A stretch of 63,946 nt of DNA, counting the filler, from Perkinsus olseni (lineage: Eukaryota), in NCBI GenBank assembly GCA_013115125.1. It is 3 parts of 3 records of this genome, joined end to end, with 100 filler letters (N's around TTAATTAATTAA, not from the genome) between each part and the next. Parts side by side here need not be neighbours in the genome. Positions count along the whole stretch, not along the records: positions 21,436 to 42,664 come from JABANN010000557.1; 2 more parts are not named here. One strand, 5' to 3'. This document shows positions 27,901-39,659 of the stretch, piece after piece. Numbering within the stretch: the first letter of the stretch is position 1; each line of letters starts with the position of its first letter. A model generated the notes under the pieces. That model had not been told where the DNA came from. It worked only from the letters and a program-made list of their open reading frames with translations, and made no database searches. Both the position numbers and the translations under genes were made by a program.

Positions 27901-30053
27901 CTGTCCGCCAATATCGTCATCATGTGGGGATCGGCGGCGCTGTGGAAATCTCTCCTCGGTAATTTCTGAAAATAATTCAAAAACTCGAAAGTGAAAAAAG
28001 TCGTAAAATTCGATCAAGAAAAAATAGATGAATGTCGAAGTTTGTTGATGATGCTTTTCTGGGTGAATGTTTTTCTCGTCTTCAGGTTACCTATGCTGAG
28101 TTCAGAGACCACTTCGTCGTGGCTGGCGTGAGCTCACCGGCCTCAAACAGGAGTGGTAGAATAAACTTGGCCTCGCGATCTGTTGAGATGAAGAGCATTT
28201 GGAGGGGTCTCGAGGTAACTAGGGGTATCCAAGGTTGAAGCGAGGGGATTATGGAAAATGTCGGAAGATATTTCAACACTTGCCTCAGGAATCGAGGAAA
28301 TCGTTCGGCTCGCCCACAGCTCGCAGCTTCAGTGGCGACACTACGACCAGCTCGAGACGGTCTGTGCGGAAGAAGGGTGGCGACTTCACAACCCCACAAA
28401 TGCTTTACACCCTGAGAAGTGTCAGAGATCTGGGCAGGAGGGATAACAAGATCGATAGGGTAGTATCTCTTTAGGCAAGAATAGGGGAATTTCAGTCCGA
28501 TGTGTGCTGTGTTGTGGGTTTTTCCGCAGTCTGCAATTGTGAACCTAAGATTCGTGAATAGTAATGAGATTTGTTCTTCGCACATGGTTTGTCTGGCGAT
28601 TAACTGCCATAGATGGTTATGGTTGATTGAGGGTATCGACGGAAGTGTTGATCGATTTCAAGATTCAAGGATTTCGAAGAAACGGTTATATATTGTTATC
28701 CCTATAGGTGTATTTGAATTTTTGACGGTTAAGTTAAATTTGGCTCAGAGTTGGTGTTGATCGATTCAGGCCCGGAACGACTTCGCCTCGGCTTTCCACG
28801 GTTCCTTCGGGAATCTTTGGTCGGAGTTCGACACTGACGGAAAAGGTTTCGTTAATGCCAGAGATTTGTCACAGGCTCTGGCCCACATCGGCTTCGGGGT
28901 AGGTGTTGAAATCGTCACTGCGCCACGAAATTATCGATGAGCAGATGAGCATCGCGGACTGCCGTGTGGTTCTGAATTATTACAACCCAAACGAAGGGAC
29001 TTTGAATTTTACGGAGTTTGCGGAGATGGTTTTGCCGACAGCAGTGGAGGCGAGGAAGGCCGCTGTGATTAGGGAGAAATTTGGTATGGAAAATCCTGAA
29101 GGGTGAGTGAACGGCGGGACGGTATTGTCGTGTTGCTTATTGATGCAATAGCGTTCACTCGGCGCCGGTTCTTTCCGCAGTAACTTCTCTTTACTTCATT
29201 CCAGCAGCGGCTTCACGGTTCAGGAAAAAAAGGTTCAGCGGTTTTCACCTATTCACGGTTGCCTTCCATAGTGAGTACTCTCATCGCTTCATCACGACCA
29301 ACTATCAACCCCAGCTCTGGTTGAATTTACTAGACTTTTCTCTCTGTTGAGAGTTTTCACGAGTTCATTCTGCAAAATCCGATTCACCGCTCAACAATCT
29401 TGCGCCAAGGGCGGAGCGATGCGGATTTTGATCGGTCAGTCGTCGCTACGTCAGGAGACGCTTGACCCTGACTAGCTCCATCAGCCTCGCACAGGCATTG
29501 ACATTGGTGGAATTGTTTTCAGTCGGGGGTTCTTTTTACTCGCCGAGCCTTCCTGAGCTTCTCGTTATTGGTATGAGGATTTCTCGCGCGCCACGAAAAT
29601 ATGAACTCGGAGGGAGGTCACTCGCCTTGGTCAGGTTGCCGGATGTGTGTCTGTTGGAGAGATTCAGCGGTCCGATCGAGAAGCTCTTCGCGGCTTTGTT
29701 CGAGGAGGCCTCGGCGGCTCAAGAACTTATCGTCAATGAGGACTCTCTGAGGATGTAATATCAAGGAATCTTTGGTTGAAGCTGGTACTTGGCAAGTATC
29801 ATGCTTCGGTATTGTAGATGAAATCGATCAGCAGGGCGCGCGCGGTATGAATTATAGTTTTTTCGTTGTCAGTGGGTTCTCGGAGCTGGATACACTGGGC
29901 ACTGGGGTGATTGATACCTCCGTGCTGCTGTCTGCTCTTGACAAGAATGGACTGCAAGCGAGCTTGGCCGAGCAGGCGGCGGTACTGCGAAGATTCGACC
30001 CGACGGGGACGGGGGTTGTGGGGATGGCTAATTTCATGGACCATTTTAGATGA
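24956..30053 (+). CDS. multi-EF-hand calcium-binding protein, multi-exon
   Basis: Exons encode EF-hand-like loops: LDTDAKGSIDSTDL, YDHSALGQLNYRDF, DRDGDSKV, FDTDGKGFVNARDL, YNPNEGTLNFTEF, LDTLGTGVIDTSVL and FDPTGTGVVGMANF. Confidence 0.75.
27735..27881. repeat. degenerate 41-43 bp minisatellite, 4 copies, intronic
   Basis: Core GATCGACCTAAGAT (or a variant) at 27739, 27780, 27823 and 27864. Confidence 0.8.
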
Positions 30054-30475
30054 TTATAATAGGGAAATGCTTTCGCAAGGATTTTTGATTCATAAATTTG
30101 TGTTGCTCTTTGCTACCGTTCGAACATGTATATGAAATCAATGTGCTGTTGTCGAGGGTTCCCTTGTTTGGTTCTAGTGTGTTCAATCGCGGAGAGGCAG
30201 GCGGGAAGTGGAGACGTGGAGGGTCCGTAAGGGCTTTGGAGGGTTGGTTCGTGCATTCAGAGCTTCATTCGCGAAATGGAAAAAAGAAGGTTTACATTTC
30301 CAATGGTGGCATTTGGGAGAAACAGCACTTCACGTATTGAAGGTGAAACTCCAGATGATGATGGTACATGCGCACAGTAGATCGGAAATTTATGTTTTTT
30401 GCTTCGCGTGATGGTGGCTATAGATGAATTGGATGTATGGGGATTTGCGATGAGTTGATACCACTCCTTTCGGAA

Positions 30476-32788
30476 ATGTCAGTAACTATCAAGACGAATC
30501 TGGGGGACATGAAGGCTGAGTTGTTCTGTTCAGAGGTGATATCGCGATTTACCTACCACTCCTTTCGCAATTCGTTGTGAGCTAATTGTGGATGGGTCCT
30601 GCGTACCACTCCATTCGCAATTCACGTTTCGAGGTGATACCGGTTGCATTGGTCTTCAGATTGCCGATAATAATAACCTCAAATTCACACATCTTATATG
30701 GTTCGGATTCCCATTGTTCTGGGCCCATCGTGCATACCACTCCTTTCTCAATGTACGGAGAATCCCCTCCCCTTCTCCTCGAGTTGAAGTCGATTCGCGT
30801 ATTGGATTTTCGTCAGGTTCCAAATGCGTCGAAAAATTTCCTCGCGCTGGCGGCCTCCGGGTATTACGATGGTTCCAAATTCCATCGTCTAATGCCTGGA
30901 TTTATGGTCCAGGTAGTAACGGGTGGGAGGAGTATCTTGAGGTTACGCATGTTGCGTATCCAGAAGGTCGGAATGTGGATACTGAGGTCTCATCTAGTGT
31001 TTGTTATCGGGAAAATTGTGTTACGTCAAAATGTGTCTGCAAGATGATGAGCGTGGCGACTCATACCGCGAAATGACTCGGTGACAAGTCTAGATCGGAC
31101 TCTTGAATTACCATATAACCAGAAACGGCAATTTTATTCAAATTTCTAATGGTTCACACGACAATCAAAGTTCATACCAACAATTGTTGGAATCAGTGGG
31201 GCGCACCAATGGGGGATTATTCTGTTGAGGAGTGAAGGGATTGTGACTCCGAGATTTTATTGGATGAGGTGGTCTTTTTGAAAAGTACATTTCTGATATC
31301 ATTTCTTGTCTCGGGACATCGTCATCGTTGTGTAGGGAGGGGACCCCACCGGGACAGGGAAGGGAGGAGAGAATTGGGAAGGCGGCAAACAGGCAGACGA
31401 GTTCGTATCATCGGTCAAGCACGATCGACGAGGGATATTGAGTTTCGCTAATAATGGTACGTCGGGTTGGATTTTGCGGCGGTTTTTTAAGCGGGAAATT
31501 TATTTTTTTCTGTGAATTGAAGGATATTTTTGTGGCGCGTGACGCTTTGCTGATTGTGGTGGATGTGTCAGGGCCGAATACGATTGGATCGCAGTTCTTC
31601 ATCACATTTGGGAGGCAACCACATCTCAATGGAGTGTAGTGTTGGTGGGAGGATTTGGGAAAGGAGTGGTATTGCTTCGGACGCGATTAACGTGAATAAT
31701 TGAGAATAATTGATCTTTTTGCGCGTGGAAAAATTGAAGTGTTCATGGGAAATGGTGAGGGGAGGTTTGTATAGAAGCGCTGGCCGGGACACGATCGAGA
31801 AGGGAGGGCGAAGTGACTGGTGGGCTAGCGCTTGAAACCCGAGTGCGGTTTTGATGATTTTTGTGAGAGCAAATATTGAAAATATTTCAATCATTTTGAA
31901 TAGTAATTTGTTGAAATAATCTGTCAAATAGTTAGTAATTGGTAGAATTTGTGATTACTTGAAAAATATCGAAAATTATTTTACAGTAACTGACCTGCTT
32001 TTTACGGTTTTTTTGGGGGGGGGGGGGTTCCGTAGACCGACGGAACTGAGGGGATATACATGTGGGGAGTGTTTGAGTAGACATGATATTGTCTGCTTGT
32101 TGTGTGCAGCGAGAAGTTCTCGGATCACACGTTTCTCACCTGGCGAATTTGAATGTCGCGATGAAAAACTCCACTCTCTTATCTTCTTCACAAGAGTTAA
32201 TGATTATTGTTTATGAATAATTGATGCACGTAAGCGTTTCGGTGGGAGAGCACGCCTCAGGTACACGGTGTTTGGCAGGCTGATCGACGGGATGGACACT
32301 TTGATGAAAATCGAGCAAGTGCCGGTGGGAAAGAAGCACAGGCCCACCCAGGATATTGTAATAGAGGAGAGGGGGATGCAGTTATCATGCTAGGATGGAA
32401 CGGCTATCATATTAGGATAGTATGATGCTATCATGCTATCAGGATGTTATCATGCAGTTTGGAACGGTATGTATAACAGAGCAATAGCAGTATGCGAATG
32501 ATACTACAATTGAAGGGGAGGGGAGAGCATCATTGGGGTTATTTGATTTAGTTTTATCATGCAGTGTGAAACGGCATGTATAACAGGGCAATAGCAGTAT
32601 GCGAATGGTACTACATTTGAAGGGGAGGGGAGAGCAATGAGAAATTTTGTATTTTGCTGCGCGGGTTGGGTCTGGCGTTACGTGTGGATCGATTGCTACG
32701 TGAGAGAATGTGTGATGGTTATTTTCAGGTGATCGAGGAGATCGTCATCCACGCGAATCCGATAGCTGACCAGGAGGCCGGCGCGTAA
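30476..32788 (+). CDS. PPIL3: cyclophilin-type peptidyl-prolyl isomerase, PPIL3-like
   Basis: Six exons give [63 protein letters not shown]...[40 protein letters not shown]...|[14 protein letters not shown]. The IHANP tail is typical of PPIL3. Confidence 0.9.
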
Positions 32789-32905
32789 CACTGATTCTAA
32801 CGTTTCGATCCGACAGGAGTGTTTTGCATTTTTAGTGCTTAATTTTTTTGAGTGATTTTCTTACTGGCTCGGGGTATCTAGGCATTCTCAGCGTTGTTTT
32901 GTCCG

Positions 32906-35418
32906 ATGGGAAGGTCTCGCAGCCGATCGAGAGACGACGAAGAGAGGCATCGGCATCATCACCATCGTAGTAGGAGTAGAGATAACCATCGTCATAGGAG
33001 CTACGAGAGGCGACCGCGGAGTTATGGAGATGATGAGAGGAGGTCGAGAAGGAGGGAGGAGGATGATGATCGCGATGTAGTACTGGACGGGAGGGGTCTA
33101 CGGATTTGACGGTGAAGGCTGGGGTGAAGTTGACTGATAATTGATAGGAAATATTCGGGATACTTTTTACGGTTATGTAGCGATGGAAAGCTGTAGCGGC
33201 GTGTGATGGGTAGTGAGTATGGGTGCAGTGGTGCGGGGAATCATTTTCATGTCACAGGTCGTGGTCATATCCACGGGCGATGGCTGCGTGGGGAATTGCT
33301 TGAAAGATATCGAATTATTGGAATGAGAGAGAACTCGGGAAGTATAATTTTTTGTCTATCGTTGTCTGAGTAGAGATCGACTTGTACGTAGTGTGAATGT
33401 TTAGTATTATCGCCGTCGCGGGTCGTCGGACCGGAGGGGTGGGCGTGGGTGGAAGGAGGAGGAAGTTGAGGAGAAGAAGGATTCTTTGAGGGGAACGAAG
33501 AGGGAGAAGTCGGAAGAGAAGGAGGAGAAAGAGGTTGTAAGTTGCGAATGATGCGGTGTGGGGTTGTTTTGTTTGAGTTCTGAGAATATTGTATAATTTT
33601 TTGTTCATTATCATTTATGATTCTGGCTAGGGGAAGATTCGTGAGTTCGAATTGGTCCGGTATCGGATCATTTCTGTTTAATGAAGGAAAGACTATCATT
33701 TTTCACGTGAGGACTGCCGCGCAAAAGCGGTTTCGGACGCTCATGAGGGTTTTACGCAGGATCGTCTCTCCCCCATTTCTTCCGTTTTTGCAGTCCGTAG
33801 TATCGAGTGTGGTCGGAATCGTACTTGTACTTAGTGAAAAAACTTTTTTTTCTCGTTGGGGAATTTATTTTTAAGAAGTCCCGCTAATAGTGGTTGGCCC
33901 ATGTTTGATTGGAATTAGAGCGAATTGAATCAACTTATAGGTTGTTCGTGGAGTGGTATCGATTCTCTTATTGGAGATATCTTCTTCTTTAGAAGCCAAA
34001 CTTCGAGGTGTCGGGATTGCTGGCAGAGGAACAGAACAGCAAAAACGGAATTGCGCTGATGTTCTCACAACCGGCGGACGCGGCTATGCCGACGGATGCG
34101 TGGCGATTGTAGTACAACGGGGGAGATGAGAGAGAGTTGTGATTTGGGGAAATTTAGGTACGAGAATCGAGATGAAGCGCAGAATGGAGATGGCGATAAG
34201 ATACTTCACATTCATAGGAAGTCCTGTTATCTATTTGGGAAGGATAGGCGGTTGACTGATTGTAGTGCTCATGGGTTAGCGTCACGCGCCACGAAATTCG
34301 TCCGGGATTAGTCTGGAAAATTTCCACTGGAAATGATGTGTGGGAAATGAGAGTTGGGAATAACGTATTCTCCTCAAGCCTTGAGAGTCGGATTTGATGC
34401 ATCTCTGCGTAGATTTGGAGAAGTCGTCAGTAGCGCGCGCCCTGATGATCGATTTGGTATGAATGAAGAATGCCAACCGCCTGTTAAGTTTGCATTAGAC
34501 CAATCGAGTAAGGGAACTCGCTGCGGTTTGCTAACTGGCTGCGCATCTTTTGAGTTGTTTGGAGCATTAATGAAGTTGAAGAATCCTGTGATAATCTTGA
34601 TTCACGGGAGTTGCACCCGTATTACGTGAAGTGCCGTTTTCCGCAAAGTCGTGTGTTTGATATCGCGGGTGAAGCTCTATCGATTACTCACGTTGTGGAC
34701 TCGGGATACTTAGTGAGTTTTTTCAGGCAACGACGAAGCGCCGTTGTGCTTCATTCCGATTGACCACCCTACTTGCAGTCGACAACACGCGGTGATTCAG
34801 TTCAGGCTGGTTGGTGATGTTACTAAGCCTTACTTGCTGGATTTAGGCGGGAAAAATGGTAGGATGCTGGGGTTGAACCCGGGACCTCGCGGATGAGCGT
34901 CTGGTGCTCTACGCAGGCACGTTTGTGAACGAGAAGAGAGTGCCGGCGGCTAAGTATTACGAATTGCGGGAAGGCGATTTGATCAAGTTCGCCCACTCAT
35001 CGAAATCGTATGTGCTGCTAAGCGCTGGGTAGGCAGCGGGTCGGAGAATCTTCCGCACAGCGAATAATTCGGAGTATCTACACAACCGACAGCCGTGTTT
35101 CCAGTGAAACGAAATTATCCTGGTAATTTTATGCTACCGTGAAGGCTTTAATCCTCTTGTTTGTGTGCGAAAAATTTGATATTCTTTCGAAAATTTCGTG
35201 TTCTTATTTCTCGAAAGAACGGGGAAATCTGCGACTTTCCGGTTAAATATTTCCGAAAATTTCTGAATTTCCTAAAATTGTGACAGAAATATGCTTCTCT
35301 CAGCCCGCTGAAGAGTAAAGAGGATAAAAAGGAAGCAGACGAGGACGGCGAAATCGATTTCGACGTGCTGGAAGATTCCCCCCAGTTAGAGACCAGCCGG
35401 GGCACTATGCTAGGATGA
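32906..35418 (+). CDS. SNIP1: FHA-domain splicing factor SNIP1/Pml1/DAWDLE-like with RS/RD-rich N-terminus
   Basis: Encodes MGRSRSRSRDD..., KPNFEVSGLLAEEQNSKNG, AWRL, LHIHRKSCYLFGKDRR, IPIDHPTCSRQHAVIQFR and KPYLLDLGGKNGTFVN. A phase-compatible last exon ends in TGA at 35416-35418; if unspliced, the stop is at 35032. Confidence 0.88.
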
Positions 35419-35549
35419 TGACCGATGATAAACTGTCTAGCGACGTAATATTCGTTACTTACCTTGTTATTGAGTGTTGGGTTGGTCGTTGGTATATTTC
35501 GCGCGCCACGAAATTGGGCGGCTGTAGGTGATTTTGTTGATTTTTGGAG

Positions 35550-37451
35550 ATGCCCCATTACCCGGACGAAGTGGAGTACAGCGATAAGTAATAAGGGTGG
35601 TGTGGTAGGGGTGATGAGCATGCGGTAAAGGGGCTTTTTGGCTAGCTTGGATGGGAGAATCTTTACTGTGCGAAGCGTATCTTTATTGATGGTTAAAGTT
35701 TGGGTAACCGTAGACTGCGGCCTCTCCTGAGTTTCCAAGACCGTCGTCTATGCGTCGAATTCCATCCTGAAATGCCTACTGAAACCCGTAGAGTAATAAT
35801 GGTGATTCGCAGTCGGAAGAGTGGGTTACTGGCTGGCTTGCTTTTGAGAATCTTCGCACTGCGGAGCGTATCTTTTGCGATGGTTGAAACTGCTCTGTTC
35901 GTGTTTTTAAAGTATTCTGGGTGTGTTTTTTTGGTTCTGTATCCTGTGTGCCGAGGTGGCTGGTGTTTAAGGCTGGCGGGTCGGACGGGGTGTGAGAATC
36001 TTATGTTGGACCCTGCGGATGGCGGTCAAGGTTACAGTATCAAATTGCGGAGCGAGCGAAGCGAGCGGAGCATATACTGTCACTTCTGCGTTTTTTTGTG
36101 CGTTCGTTCGTTCAAATTATTTCTCCACGACTATGTCGATTGAACTCGCGAGACACATACCATTCGAAAGCACGCGGTTTGTGTATTCTATAAAAAATAC
36201 GAAATCGCTCTTATCCCTGTTCTACCGAGCAAAACCGTCGTGGACCGTTGTAGATGAACTCGAAAAAATACGGAAAAAAACCCGGGCGGGGTTTCGAACC
36301 CGATACTTGTCCCGAGCTCCGCTTTTTTCGTTGCGAAGGCCTAGTAAGATATTTAGCTTTGTCGGTTTCATTAATCGGGAAGGAATGTACAGAAAAGCAG
36401 GGATGCCCAAAAAATTTTCAGAAGATTTTCCAAATATTTTCTCAGAATTTCGAGGAAGTCTGGTGAGGATTTTTACTGTTGCTGATAGTCTACAGAGAAG
36501 TCCATCCGTGCTGCGATCTGGTGAAAGGATGGTATCAGGTACGCTGACGATAAGTACGAGTATCGTCACGTTATTCTACCCAAGCGTATCGCCAAGGACA
36601 TGTTCAGAATATTTCAGGCGGAGGCGCAGATGAGGGGAAGGTGATAGACCGACTGGGGAAGGGCTCACGGCACGTTTAGGGAATGTTATGGTACTATCTG
36701 GTAGGAGGTTGTGGTGGCAAGTCTATTCTCTTCTATATGGTGAGCTTCTCGCGAGTACTGCGAAAGACGGTATTGGATGGGGGCGATTGAGGGAGTGCCG
36801 TGTGGTTGGGTGTTGGACTAGAGTTCATTGCGATGGAGAAGCTCTTGGTACAGCCGTGATTGGGAAAATCATCATCAATTTGTGAATGATTATCTCGGCA
36901 TTGGTAGAATTTGATTGAAGGTTTTTGCCGGACTGTCTGCTGTGGTTCGATCGTTACCTTTCAGGCCCACAGCGGAACCTAGGTTGCTGACTGAGTCGGA
37001 GTGGAGGGGGTTGGGAGTGCAACAGAGTCGTGGTTGGATGCACTACGAGAATCATAGGTCGGCCCTGGCTCGATACGGATTTAGTCGAGGGGAGGTTGGA
37101 TACGGGGTGGCGACTGTCGTCGCTTGCGAGGTCTGTTATAGTGTTCGTCGAGGATGGGTTTATCGGAGGGAATGCTATTACACTATAACGTTACCCTTAT
37201 TACTATTTATTACTTCTTGCATTTCATTCCAGTCAAGACTGGCATCAATTCTCATGCACTGGTGCTCAGTATGGCCGAGCGGAGTGATTCGTAGTTGAGT
37301 CCACCGAAGTCTGCTGTTGTTGTTGTCTGGCAGGCCGGAGCCTCACATTCTCCTTTTCCGTCGTCCGCTGGGCACCAACCCCCTCACCGGGCAAGTCGAC
37401 AGAGTGCCTGGCGAGATGCAGCCTCCGCCCCAGGCCAGTATCGTGCGATGA
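35550..37451 (+). CDS. CKS1: cyclin-dependent kinase regulatory subunit
   Basis: Exons encode MPHYPDEVEYSDK|YADDKYEYRHVILPKRIAK, RLLTESEWRGLGVQQSRGWMHY and HR|PEPHILLFRRPL. Confidence 0.92.
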
Positions 37452-39262
37452 GGGATTGAGTAAGCTCAGTGGTGAGTTGAGGTTCAATTTTTGAAGGACT
37501 CGAAGGAGGGTTCGGATTCTCGATGATACCAAACTTTTCCCAAATCATACGGGGTTGAGGTAGTAACTCGTCTTAAGATGAATCTTTTATTCTGTGAGCA
37601 TGAGCTCGATCGTAGTGAAGAGGACTTGGTAGGGTGTTGTCATCGTTTTCCGCACGTAAACTTTTCAGATTTCCCATCCATCGGTAATTCATGATCATAC
37701 TATCAAGTCTGTTGAGTTGAGTATTCGTTAATGGGATGGGGCTGTCCGGGTGGTCGCAACTACTGTGACGGCGCTTCTTTCCGGGGGGGATCGTTGCTGC
37801 TGTTGATTTTTTGAAATGGTTTTTACAAAAGGCAATTTGTTTTGTATTTTTTGGATTTTTCGGCGTTTTTTCGCCTAGGAGTATTTTGGCGTGGATTCGC
37901 CATTGCCGTGGGAGAGTCGCTGAGGGTGATTGTTTTATCTCGATGTTGATGAAAAGTGATGAGTATCTTTTCACTCTGGTCGCCCCATGCATAGAGCTAG
38001 AGGCCTATCTTTTTAACCTCAATAATATTGACGAAATATTTCAACTGCTATCGTTTACTCGTTCATAGCTTCCATGGGGAGGTTGGCAAACAGTCTGCCG
38101 TCGGTCGAATTGTCAACTCGTTTTTGACATATTTTAATTGATTTTCTGTGATGTCGCTGACCTTGAGTCCAGCAATGGTGGAGAGTGTCCTGCGGAGGTG
38201 CGAAGAGGTGTTGGCCGGGGTTGGCATGGAGGCGACCCCTTTTGTGGTGGACTGGTAGGATAGGCTCAAAGCGAATGTGGTATCCCGGTTATAGTAGTTC
38301 ACCACAGTAAGATACGGAATATAAGATATCCTTATCAGTAGTTGGTTCGGGTGAATAAGGTTCGACGTGGAATGGTTCGACCTTCGGAGGTCGAAGCTTG
38401 CCACTCGCAGGTATAATGATTTTCGACAAGAAGTCGCGGCGGACATGCCTCAGTTGATCGAAGTTTCGGGACGGAACCGACTGGGTTTGGTCTGCGTGTC
38501 GAACAAGGACTTCTTCAGAAGTGAGGTCGAGGGTTCCCGTTTGTAACGAGTGTCCAACGGTTCGGGTGAGTTGATTCGATCTGAGCATTCCTGCAAGGAC
38601 GGCATTTTCCACGTGTCGTTAACATGCTATTTTGGTACAACTTCATTACGCATTTTGAGGGTCTGCCCTGGTGCAAGTAAAAATCTGGCTGAGAGTGTTG
38701 CTTGAGTGTGATCTATGATGGCAGCTGTCGAGGGAACGGCTATTACGGAGGAGCTGTGCTAGGGCGAGTGAGACAAGTCTCTCGTTTTGGACGTCTCCTG
38801 GGCTGAAGGTGGCATTGTGCTGCGGGGGCAGGTGCGGTTTTGGGGACTTACCGGAAGAATATTGAAGGTGGCGGGGAGGCGCAGCGGAAGTTTGACTTTG
38901 TGGCTGAGGCTAGCGATGACGTTGGGAGGATGTTGAGACCGTAATGTCGAATTGTAGGAGATGCAGTCTTCTGCTGCTCTAATAGTCCAAGACTGAGCTC
39001 TCGATGGTTTTTGGCTCCGGTCCTCGGCAGGTTGCTGGTGGAAGAAATCGGGTGCGATGAGTGTTTCATCAGAGTTATGAATGTGGATAAGCCCCCCTTC
39101 CTCCATGTATGTCCTGTTTCTTGAGGGGTGATGGCGTCGTATAGCTTGCATTGGGTTTCTCGGTCTCGTGGCCGTTCAAAGAATATCCGTTTGGTATGTC
39201 GTAGTTCAGTCTATCCCCTGCGGGTTCTCTGGCGAGGTCCTGCGACATCGTTTGGTTTGTGT

Positions 39263-39335
39263 GGTCTCGTGGCCTAATGGATAAGGCGTTGGTCTTCGGA
39301 ACCAAAGATTGTGGGTTCGAGTCCCACCGAGATCG
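39263..39335 (+). tRNA. tRNA-Arg(UCG), copy 1
   Basis: 73-nt cloverleaf: GGTCTCG/CGAGATC acceptor stem, TTGGT-CT-TCG-GA-ACCAA anticodon arm, GGTTCGAGTCC B-box, downstream T6 terminator. Confidence 0.95.
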
Positions 39336-39424
39336 TTCACAAATTGTTTTTTCAATCTGTCGTAGTTGAATGTTATGGTCTGGTGGGACTCTGGGAAGGT
39401 CGTAAGACATCGTGAGGTCCCTGT

Positions 39425-39497
39425 GGTCTCGTGGCCTAATGGATAAGGCGTTGGTCTTCGGAATCAAAGATTGTGGGTTCGAGTCCCACCGAGATCG
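39425..39497 (+). tRNA. tRNA-Arg(UCG), copy 2
   Basis: Same as copy 1 except one C>T giving a G:U pair in the anticodon stem. Downstream T6 terminator. Confidence 0.9.
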
Positions 39498-39586
39498 TTC
39501 ATAAATTGTTTTTTCAATCTGTCGTAGTTGAATGTTATGGTCTGGTTGGACTCTGGGAAGGTCGTAAGACATCGCCAGTTCCTTGT

Positions 39587-39659
39587 GGTCTCGTGGCCTA
39601 ATGGATAAGGCGTTGGTCTTCGGAACCAAAGACTGTGGGTTCGAGTCCCATCGAGATCG
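39587..39659 (+). tRNA. tRNA-Arg(UCG), copy 3
   Basis: Same as copy 1 except two substitutions (variable loop, and a G:U pair in the T stem). Only a T4 run downstream. Confidence 0.9.
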
